Shown here one piece after another: positions 24,645-33,556 of a DNA stretch of 64,000 bases; positions within the stretch are counted from its first letter, which is position 1; each line of letters begins with the position of its first letter. The notes under the pieces are model-generated. The model was given only the letters and a program-made list of their open reading frames with translations. It was not told the DNA's origin and searched no databases. A program made the position numbers and the translations under genes. Source of the DNA: Felis catus (Eukaryota); assembly GCF_018350175.1 (NCBI RefSeq), contig NC_058368.1, positions 228,658,001-228,722,000 of the forward strand, read 5' to 3'.

Positions 24645-26234
24645 ATCACTTAGTTCATCCAGCTCTAGGACTTTTACTCGATCAGTCTTGCTTCCCTTCC
24701 AGCCGGCCCATTTCGGACAATCTCGGGCCCAATGCCCTATCTCCTTGCAGTATGTGCACTGATCCTTCTGCAGCCTCTGCTTCCCCCCCTTGGTGGTGCT
24801 TTTACCTTTTCTTGCGTCATCTGCCAGCTGCCGGAGACGGCGGTCTCGTTCCTCGGGGAAGTCAGCAGTGGTAGCTAGCAGTATTCTGGCCAGGTCTCGA
24901 GTCTGCTTACTGCTGGCAGCCGCCATGGCGCGAGCCTGCTTGTCCTCAGGAGGCTCCCGGTTATTATATACCTTTTCGGCTACCACCAGTAAGTCCTGCA
25001 GACTTTTTTCTCCTAGTCTATCTATTTTCTGTAATTTTCTCCTAATGTCTATGGCCGATTGGTTTACAAAGGCCATGATAACAGCTGCCTTGCTTTCCAG
25101 AGCCTCTGGATCCATGGGGGTATAGGTACGGAATGCCTCCATGATCCTTTCTAAAAAGGCAGCCGGAGATTCATCTTTTCCCTGTTGTACATTTCCTACC
25201 TTGGCCAAATTGGTTGGCTTTCTAGCAGCCATTCGGAGACCCCCCATTAGAGTCTGGCGGTAGACCCGGAGCCTCTCCTTACCTTCTGCCGTGTTGAAAT
25301 CCCACTGGGGCCGAGTTAAGGGGAAGGAGGCCTCTATCTGAGCCTGGTTGGTGGTGGGATTCCCGTCTGCGCCCGGAACTAGTTTTCGGGCCTCATTGAG
25401 GATTCTTTCTCTTTCTTCAGTCGTGAACAGGACCTGTAAAAGCTGCTGGCAATCGTCCCACGTGGGCTGATGGGTAAAAAGAACAGAGTCTAATAAATCA
25501 ATAAGCCCTGCCGGTTTCTCAGAAAACTTAGGATTCTGAGCTTTCCAATTGTAGAGGTCACTAGTGGCAAAAGGCCAATAGTGATGGGGCTGATTCCCCT
25601 CCGCGTCTGGGGGTCCGGTGGCTCGCAGGGGCAGAATAGTAGAGTCAGCGGCAGAGGCGGATTGCTCCCTCTGAGCCCTTTGTCTGGTAAATGGCGGGCT
25701 TCCCCCTGGGGTGTTTCCGCCTCCCGCTCTCGGAACAGCATCTGCCTCCCCCGGAGGGGGAGGATGGTGTTCTTCCGGCATCCTAGAGGGGTTATACGGG
25801 GGAGGAAAAATTAATTCTTCTTCAGTACCCCCCTGTAGGACAGGGTAGAGGGGTGCTGAAGGCTGGGTAAGACGTTTCCTCTTCTCTGTCTCCTGCAAAG
25901 CAAGAATGGGTTTTGGCTCCGGAGGGAGCAGGGTTAGGAAGGGCTTAAGCCAAGAGGGTGGGTCTTCTACAAGGTCCTGCCAAGTGATAATGTAAGGGAG
26001 CTGATCAAGATGGCCCATCTTAGGCTGAGAGATGATACTCCTGACTCGGTGGATGGTAGGGAGGTCGAAGGTCCCCTCTGGTGGCCATCCGACATTGAAA
26101 GTTGGCCACTCGCTAGAACAAAAAAACTGCAACCGACTCTTTTGGACTTCCACACTGAGGTTGTTAGCTCTTCCCCTCACATCCTTAAAGTGATCAATCA
26201 TAATACTTAGAGGAGTAGTCTGAGTCTGTCCCAT
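24642..26234 (-). CDS. gag: Gag polyprotein, 530 aa, open
   Basis: MGQTQTTPLS myristoylation start; late domains PSAP, LYPVL and PPPY; CA start PLR; MHR VQQGKDESPAAFLERIMEAF; zinc knuckle CTYCKEIGHWARDC; ends at TAG. Confidence 0.95.
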   Translation of the reverse strand: MGQTQTTPLSIMIDHFKDVRGRANNLSVEVQKSRLQFFCSSEWPTFNVGWPPEGTFDLPTIHRVRSIISQPKMGHLDQLPYIITWQDLVEDPPSWLKPFLTLLPPEPKPILALQETEKRKRLTQPSAPLYPVLQGGTEEELIFPPPYNPSRMPEEHHPPPPGEADAVPRAGGGNTPGGSPPFTRQRAQREQSASAADSTILPLRATGPPDAEGNQPHHYWPFATSDLYNWKAQNPKFSEKPAGLIDLLDSVLFTHQPTWDDCQQLLQVLFTTEERERILNEARKLVPGADGNPTTNQAQIEASFPLTRPQWDFNTAEGKERLRVYRQTLMGGLRMAARKPTNLAKVGNVQQGKDESPAAFLERIMEAFRTYTPMDPEALESKAAVIMAFVNQSAIDIRRKLQKIDRLGEKSLQDLLVVAEKVYNNREPPEDKQARAMAAASSKQTRDLARILLATTADFPEERDRRLRQLADDARKGKSTTKGGKQRLQKDQCTYCKEIGHWARDCPKWAGWKGSKTDRVKVLELDELSD

Positions 26235-26366
26235 AACGTCCGTCCAGTAAGTCCACAGAGCAAAACAGAGAAACACAAAAACAGACAAACAGAGGGCCCC
26301 TAGAAAGTCTTCCAACTCCATGGAAGCAAAACTGAGAGCTAGCTTAGACATTTGAGGGGATTCCAT
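24642..26366 (-). CDS. Putative glyco-Gag (N-terminally extended Gag with a transmembrane anchor), 574 aa
   Basis: In-frame ATG at 26366 (GACATGG context) adds 44 aa including hydrophobic FLGALCLSVFVFLCFALWTYW just before the Gag Met; sequons NLS and NQS lie in Gag. Confidence 0.65.
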   Translation of the reverse strand: MESPQMSKLALSFASMELEDFLGALCLSVFVFLCFALWTYWTDVMGQTQTTPLSIMIDHFKDVRGRANNLSVEVQKSRLQFFCSSEWPTFNVGWPPEGTFDLPTIHRVRSIISQPKMGHLDQLPYIITWQDLVEDPPSWLKPFLTLLPPEPKPILALQETEKRKRLTQPSAPLYPVLQGGTEEELIFPPPYNPSRMPEEHHPPPPGEADAVPRAGGGNTPGGSPPFTRQRAQREQSASAADSTILPLRATGPPDAEGNQPHHYWPFATSDLYNWKAQNPKFSEKPAGLIDLLDSVLFTHQPTWDDCQQLLQVLFTTEERERILNEARKLVPGADGNPTTNQAQIEASFPLTRPQWDFNTAEGKERLRVYRQTLMGGLRMAARKPTNLAKVGNVQQGKDESPAAFLERIMEAFRTYTPMDPEALESKAAVIMAFVNQSAIDIRRKLQKIDRLGEKSLQDLLVVAEKVYNNREPPEDKQARAMAAASSKQTRDLARILLATTADFPEERDRRLRQLADDARKGKSTTKGGKQRLQKDQCTYCKEIGHWARDCPKWAGWKGSKTDRVKVLELDELSD

Positions 26367-26512
26367 GTCCCTCCAAAACCGATGAGGGGATTCCACGTCC
26401 CTCCAAAACCGATGAGGGGATTCCACGTCCCTCCAAAGACGACGGCCTCACGCCGACCAGCGGGAGCGACCCGCCTCGTCTCAGACCTTTGAGGGGATTC
26501 CACGTCCCTCCA
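26353..26512 (-). repeat. 30-bp tandem repeat in the ERV leader (about 2.8 copies at 26353-26437 plus a dispersed core at 26490-26512)
   Basis: Unit tgaggggattccacgtccctccaaaaccga on the + strand; translates as repeated ESPHRFWRD. Confidence 0.9.
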
Positions 26513-26516
26513 GAAG

Positions 26517-26614
26517 GGAGAATCGGAACGTCTTCCGAAACTCCCGGCCCGTGGTCCTCCAGTGCGTCCACCTAGACCGCGTCGGGCACTACCAGAATTC
26601 CAGAAATGAGCTCA
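26517..26614 (-). promoter_or_regulatory. Psi packaging/dimerisation region: two GACG-tetraloop hairpins plus an AGCT palindrome
   Basis: TCGGAA-GACG-TTCCGA (26538-26523), TCTA-G-GTG-GACG-CAC-TGGA (26576-26558) and palindrome TGAGCTCA (26607-26614); same layout as the MLV DIS/SL-C/SL-D region. Confidence 0.75.
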
Positions 26615-26693
26615 CACAGAAAAGACAGAACAAACAGACACTAACCGTGGCCAGTCAGGCTCTCCGGGTCGGGGGTCCCTCGGGGTCTTGGGG

Positions 26694-26712
26694 ATCCCGG
26701 GCCGAGCCCCCA
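26694..26712 (-). promoter_or_regulatory. Primer binding site, tRNA-Pro type (variant)
   Basis: TGGGGGCTCGGCCCGGGAT, 2 nt after the 5' LTR, versus the canonical Pro PBS TGGGGGCTCGTCCGGGAT. Confidence 0.88.
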
Positions 26713-26714
26713 AA

Positions 26715-27055
26715 TGTTATGCCCAGAATTCGTGATCCCCAAAGACCACTAGGGAGCCGAGTCCGATGCAAAAGCAAAGAGCCTTTATTCGAGCTAGCTC
26801 GAGCTCAATCCCCTACCTGCACCGACGCAGCGGTGAGATACCAGGGAAAGAGCGCGAGTTTCAAAAGGACAAAGGTTTTATTGGGGCCTGGGGGCAGTTG
26901 GTGAGGTAATGGCTATGGCCTCAGCCGATTGGCTGGGGAGGGGTCCTGGGGAAGGGTCCGGCAGGTGAGGGAGGGTTTACTCGAGGGGAGGAGGTGTGGT
27001 CAAGGTGAAGGACACAGAACAAGATGGAGTCGGCTGGCGTAGGCCCGCCCTTTCA
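26715..27055 (-). repeat. 5' LTR (U3 about 27055-26856, R about 26855-26767, U5 about 26766-26715)
   Basis: Begins TGAAAG and ends AACA on the minus strand. CCAAT at 26932-26928, TATA-like AATAAAA at 26882-26876, GCGC (typical R start) 27 nt downstream, AATAAA at 26789-26784. Adjacent to the PBS. Confidence 0.96.
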
Positions 27056-28866
27056 GTTGAAGGTGCTCTTTTAGGAAGATGTGGCAAGAAATCAGGCTTA
27101 CCCAGAAGCCAGTATCTGACCCCACATGGTGCTCCGGCGAGCAGTAATGGTTCTTAGAAAGACATCTATTTAAAATTCCAGGTTCAAATATTTTCCTTTC
27201 CGTTGTCAGTTTAGGGATCTTAATCTTTTGTATTCTCGGGGTCTTGATCAGATAAATATAGATAAATACAATCAGATTAGCATCTCAGCAGATAAGTGCA
27301 CTGTAAATTTGTGGGGGTGCAGAGGTTCAATGTATGTGGGATTATTTAAGGCTGCCTTTTCCCTTGCCCCACCCCGCCCCTGAAATATAAGTGGTTATTT
27401 CTTGCTTTATTTTTTCATACTATTTGAAATTTCATTTTCTTTTGCAATCTGTAAATTGGCTATACCAGGTAAGAGATGAGACCAGAAACATCTGTAAGAC
27501 CATATCAGGGAAAAAAATCCTCTCACTACTGGCTTAAGCGATGCTCCTTACTAGTTAGGTTGACTTGTTTCAAAGTTACCTGAATAATGTGTATCATGGA
27601 AGAAAGTCTGCTGAGTTGTCCTGGTAAGTTTTGAAGTTATACATGTAAACTGAAATTTCCTGATCTTGTTGAAAATGCAAAGAATAGGGAACCATTTGAA
27701 TATTTAAGTAGTTTTCCCAACATGGAACATTCTATTGGAGTCTATAATCCTGAAAATTAAGGTGGATCAAAGCATATAGTTCGTGCCCAAATTTACCTGT
27801 AGGGAATGCTAAACATAAAACAAAAACAAAAACAAAAACCTGAAACCACTGAGTTCCGTGTGGATGCACATGTGTGCACTTGCGGGCGTGTAAAATTATT
27901 GTCATGTTTTATCAATGACTTTTGAATTAAATATATCAAACACAGAGGTCCAGCAATTTAGAAAATTTACTCTCTGTGCTTTACAAAAAGCTGTATACGT
28001 GTTGCTTTTTTTTAGTTCCTTTATTTCTAGCAAATTATGGTAGGCATCTTTTATGACCATAGCCTATTTATCTTAGCAGGAAGCATTAGTAAAATGCGTC
28101 TGCCGGTCATGGATGCTCATCTGATAAGTGCTTCTCTGTGCACTGAATGTTTTAACTTTCATACACAGAGAGAACAATTTTTCCCCAGGGTAAAATCTAT
28201 TTCATAGATTAATATACACCCTTTCATCATTTAAATGGGCTGCAGTTAGAGATCTATGTTTATGATGCTGCTTTGGTGCACTGATAGGTGGATAATACAT
28301 ATTCGGTCCTTTCAAAAGCAACACAGTTGTATTATTCACACCATTGCCTTTAATGAGCTGGCTTTGAGCCATCATCATCAATTCTGACATTTACGCTCCC
28401 TTCATGTTGTACCAGAGCCTTGTGATGACATAATTGTTGCTTGTATAATAAGTGCCGATGTGAAGTACATTAGCCATGAAAAACCTAATTTATAACCCAA
28501 ATGGCCAGTTGGACCATTATCTGGAAAAAAAATAGAAGATCTCACATTTTCAAAATCAATGCTACTTCAGGGCAGACAAAATATATGCTTAACATCTTAC
28601 AGCTTGGTGACGATTGCAAGGTTGATTGAAATGCCTCAAAAATAGGGAAGAGGGCATGAAGCTGAGCAATATAGAGCTTGTAATTTATTTCTTTAATACA
28701 GCAGCAGTTTGTCAGGAGTGTCACAAAAATGTGGATTTGGCTGTATTGTTGTTTGCACGCTGCTCAGTGCAAATGAATAATTCATTCCAAGGCAGAGAAA
28801 ACAGAAGAAATATTAACAGTTATTTAACCTGACCGCTATTATATTTCAAAAAAACTGCATTGTCAC

Positions 28867-28967
28867 CAGGGTTTCCGGACAAGATACAAAACACTCATTT
28901 AAACTTAAATTTTATATGAACAACAAATGCTTTTTTAGCATCAATATATTCTCAAACATGGCAACCT
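28867..28967. mobile_element. MER53-like hAT MITE, internally deleted
   Basis: cagggtttcc...tggcaacctg termini; the body resembles the MER53 left arm (recall). Confidence 0.5.
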
Positions 28968-30152
28968 GAATGGTCACCAGATTGTTGGTCCCACGCTGCA
29001 TGCTGCCCCAGTTGGGTGTGGATGGGGTAAGGGAGATGGAATAGTGTGTTAAGATCTGCTTGGATTCCTTTCAATACTTTGGTGTCATTTATATGAAAAT
29101 GCATTCCTAAGCATTCTACATGAATATCTGTTCGGTACCCAGAAACAACCGAGAGAATAAACTATGCGCTGTACTTAAATCGTACTTTAAATCAGTCTCG
29201 TTCACTTTGATCTAAGAAAGGTGCTTATTTTTAATAGATAGGGCCGAATTTAATAATGACTTTCTCAAAAACTTTCTAAAATTGAACATGCCTGCCTCCA
29301 AAGGCATTGTAAGTTAAGGAAAGCCATAATAAGGTGTTATCCTTTAAATTTGTTCTGGAAATAGTTCAAATAAATCATGCATTTGGAATATTTTCCACAC
29401 CATCAGTTAACGGAGGTATTTACGGTGTCAAAGCAGCTGATAAATTTGGTCCATTCAGCCACTAGTCAGTGAAAAGGTTTATCAGCCTAATTATCTGCCC
29501 AGCCAAGTATTTCACCAAAAGACTGATAAATTTTGTCCGATGAACTCATCGGATGATTTTGCTGAACCTCATCTTTGATTTTACTCCAAGACTCAGTGTG
29601 TTCTAGCATAGAAGACATTTGCTGCAGATTTTATGTGAAGAAACTCACTTAGGTTTCATGAGATCATTCCAGCCAGAACCCTAGTTTGGAATGTGTTGAC
29701 ACACATTAGTTTGCACATGTCAACAAACTAACACTGAAGATAATCTACGTAACAGTGATGGAAAAGACTCAAATTTCTATTGTCGCTTGTGCTGTGCTGT
29801 TTTGAGGCCTTGCTCCATATGATATTAAGTGTTGCAAATATAATAAACACTATATGATATTAGCATCTAAATGATGTTTAATATTAACATTATCACTAAT
29901 ATGGAAACTCACTGAATTTTGCCTGTGAAGCGTATTGTAGTCATGGCACTGGTCACAAAGAATCTTAAAACAAAGCCACTAAAGATTTAGAGGTTTTGTT
30001 TGTTTGTTTGTTTTTTGTTTGTTTTTTACCAAGACCTAACCTAGTGTATCAGGACCACTTTACACATAGAGCATCTATAGAGTGTAGAAGAAAACATCTC
30101 CAGGTCACTTACACTCGTCTAGGAAGTATACATATACCATCACTAGTTAATT

Positions 30153-30185
<33 letters not shown>
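30153..30185. repeat. (ACA)n microsatellite
   Basis: Read directly. Confidence 0.95.
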
Positions 30186-30639
30186 GAATAAAACCCTGAA
30201 TTACCCACAATCTTCAAGTGTTTCTATTTTCAGGAAATTATTTCTGGCAACTATTCTCAATACCATTGTGAATAATGGTCTATTTTATTTTTCATGTTGG
30301 TTTAACACCTATATTAGGAAATATGTACTTGAGAATAGATTAGAAATCTCATTCAATCTCATTCCTCCCCCAAAGATAGGTTATACCTTGATTTGTGGTT
30401 GCATGTAACATAACGTTTTAATATTATTGTTGTAATTACTAATGTTTAATTTTTAAGTCAAAGTCTTTGGTGACTTGTGTGATTATACAAAAGGGAAGAA
30501 TTAAAATGTGTTGATTGTCTATTTTGTGTCTAATACTTACTGTAATCAGAAGAAACTATACTAAGGAGAAGAAAATGTCTAAAATCTTATAGGTAAGGAG
30601 TGGAAGAGTAAAGTCTGAATCATTTACAATATACATCTT

Positions 30640-30866
30640 TTAAAAAAATTTTTTTAATTAAAAGAATTTGTTTAATGTTTCTTTATTTTTGAGAGAGACA
30701 CAGAGTGTGAGCAGGGTAGGGACAGAGCGAGAGGGAGACACAGAATCTGAGGCAGGTTCCAGGCTCTGAGCTGTCAGCACAGACGTGGGGCTCGAACCCA
30801 CCCACTGCCAGATCATGACCTGAGCCAAAATTGGACACTCAACTGACTGAGCCACTCAGGCACCCC
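30640..30866 (-). mobile_element. SINEC
   Basis: Consensus-like body; degenerate TSD acaa...catctt. Confidence 0.92.
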
Positions 30867-31409
30867 ACAACATATCATCTTCTAATAAATCTTTAATTAC
30901 CTAGAACCAACTATGGTCACTGCAATCTGTGCCTTCATCAGCCTTGCATGTAGACACTCTGATATGTATCAAACAGGATAGGTAGGGCCAGTTTTGTAAC
31001 CAACAAGCCCAGAATCTTGGTGGCTTAAAATAGTATTATTCATTTCTTATTCATGCTACATATCAATCTGGGTTTGTTGGATTGTGTTGCTCTCTCCTTA
31101 TCCCTGTTCTTAATCTGTTATCACTTGTAACTAATACAGAATGGAAAAAAGCAAAAACATAGCAAAGCTCATACACTATCACTTTAATTCCCAGCTGGAA
31201 AGTGCATATTTTACATTTGTCATTTGTCACATTTTATTGGGGTGTCATTTTTCACATCCTATTGGCTCACATAAGTCTCATGGTCTCATGAGACTTCATA
31301 TTATTTGGAAAGTGTAATCTTTCCATATACCTGGAAGTAGAGGGAGTAAGAATATGTATGGGATCAGACCTGATGACTATCATCTCATATTAACTCAATT
31401 ATCCCCCCA

Positions 31410-31445
<36 letters not shown>

Positions 31446-33359
31446 GAAAGACATGTTTTGATTTGCCAAAGTCTACTTCCACTTTGTTCTTCTGGAGTTT
31501 TTATGAGGAACTTCCATTTCTTCTGATGTACAGTACTAGAAGCTAAAAATAGGAAGCTGAAGTTGAGTTAGTCTCAGTGGTTTTGCTCATTTCTACTGTC
31601 AAAGGATTTAAAAAGAAATCTATGCACATTAATTCTATATAGCTGAAATTCTTACACATTTTATTGACCTATAAAATTGCATATCTCTTGCTGTCCATTT
31701 TTCCATTTTTTTCATTCCCTAATACACTTAATTTTTTCTATCTTCAGTTTCTTTATCTATCTCATTCAGGCATGATACATCTCATTGACCTTCATGTCAA
31801 ATAGGATGACTACACTTTTGACCGAATATGCTATAGAAAGTGAGGACAGAAGATACTTAAAAGACTTGTTCAAGATCTCAACTCCACTTTGAAGCATACC
31901 TCTAGATTTCTCAAGGCAATCTCAGTTTCAGTAACTGAATAAAGGCCCACGATTTAACCTAAAAGTGCTGACCTTGGCTTCCCACGGAGAAACAGTATGG
32001 CAATTAAGTTGATCTTGCCTGCTTCAGGCAAGATGTTTGGACACTGTTTATAGGAAACTAGTACAATAGATACTTGATTGGCTTCTTGGTAAAGGAGACT
32101 TATTTTCTGAAATAGCCCTTTTCCTTAACAAAAATGTCTCATTTTTCTCCTCGTGAACCATCTTTATCACACCTATCTCTGGACAATTGTCTAAATTCCC
32201 GGGTTATGGACATTTGACTATGACGAATAGGTCTCAGACTCTGGTAGTTTATAAATATTCTTGTTCTTTTAAAGACTTCTGAAGCATCAGCCGCAATAGC
32301 AAAAAGTAATGAACATATTCCTGTTTATATTTAACTTAATATTCACAAATATCACTCATCATATCGTTAATTAGCATGTTGAAACATATTTGTTGAAGTG
32401 AGACTCCTTAATTAAATGCATACAGTCTTAGCATCCTACGCAAAGAAACAAAGTAGTTTCCAGTAATTCACTTACTTATATACATTTATATTGTGCCAGT
32501 CCTTATTGTATCGTGGCATTTTAACAAAGGATATACCTGGTATCACCTTTGTAGAAATCTGGTTCTGTGAGTTTTCAAAACAGTGTCATCTATGACGATG
32601 TAGAAGGAAATACGTGTTAGCCATGCTGGTGTAGAAGGAAATATTTCAAGCTGAAGCTACTGTCCACAGTGGGTGTATTCACATAAGTGCAGTCAGAAGG
32701 GCTATTGGGCTGAACGAAGGCCACGATTTTACTGGCAGATGTAGGCGAGGGGCCCAGGAAGATGATGGGCAGAATGTTGAATACAATCTTCATTTGTTCC
32801 AAAATTTATTTTTTAGGGCAGATTTGGGGGGGGGGTAGTTAATGAAAACAGATTTTGTTTGTTTTTAAATCTTTTCTTTTTGTGTAGTTTTGTAGTAGTG
32901 GTGGTACATTCCTGTGGACCACAAGAACTCCCATCGCCTCCTTTGCATTGTTCTTGGTGGGATTTGGGTCAGTTTCCTACAAAAAGACCAGAGCACCCCA
33001 GTGACGAAGCATCTGGAGCTCAGGAAAGTTACCGCAAGGTGGTAGGTTGAGCTTCTTAGGGAGAAAATCCTAGCCATCTCTTGCTCTTGAGGGGGACAGT
33101 TTACCAATCCTTCCTTAAAATAGGTCATTGTTGCGTGACTTTCTCCTTTTGCGGTAAGCTTAGCAGTTTTACCAGAAGATATGTCATGTTGATTGGTTCC
33201 TCAGAAGTTTGGAAGCAGCCCTATTTCAACACTGATCTCCCTGATAAAATGTATCCAGTTTTGTCTCTATTCTCTTTAATTATTTGTGCACCAAGTCTTT
33301 AGGAGACAATTTTATCATAAGCTGCCATCAAATAAACCCCTAATGTGCAGTGGTGTTGT

Positions 33360-33556
33360 CTTTTCTTTCCTCTTTCTCTCTCCCTCCCACTCTTTCTTTC
33401 TTTCCTTCTTACTTCCTCCTCCTCCTTCCCACCTCCCCTTCTTCCTCTTCCCCTTCCCCTTCTTCCTCCTCCTCCTCCTCCTCCTCCTTCTTCTTCTTCC
33501 TCCTCCTTTTTTTCTTCTCTTCCTTCTACTCCTTCTTCTTCTTTTCTTCTTTTTTC
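33360..33556. repeat. Polypyrimidine (CCT/CTT)n low-complexity tract
   Basis: About 200 bp almost entirely C/T. Confidence 0.95.

Larger units (their letters stand above)
21911..27055 (-). mobile_element. Endogenous gammaretrovirus (ERV1/class I) provirus, internally deleted, 5,145 bp
   Basis: Two 341-bp TG...CA LTRs, GTTG target-site duplication at 21907-21910 and 27056-27059, PBS, PPT, and gag-pro-pol-env order on the minus strand with gammaretroviral motifs. Confidence 0.98.

Noticed and set aside
26353..26512. Leader repeats resembling a CRISPR-like array
   Set aside because: Head-to-tail tandem units without unique spacers, inside a retroviral leader in a mammalian genome
22541..26904. 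Plus-strand (antisense) ORFs within the ERV (e.g. 22541-22993, 24790-25125, 26551-26904)
   Set aside because: Expected shadow ORFs of GC-rich coding sequence; no recognisable motifs
32617..33050. Possible coding exons near 32.6-33.0 kb
   Set aside because: Frames are interrupted by stops and resemble no protein I recognise; splice signals are only suggestive
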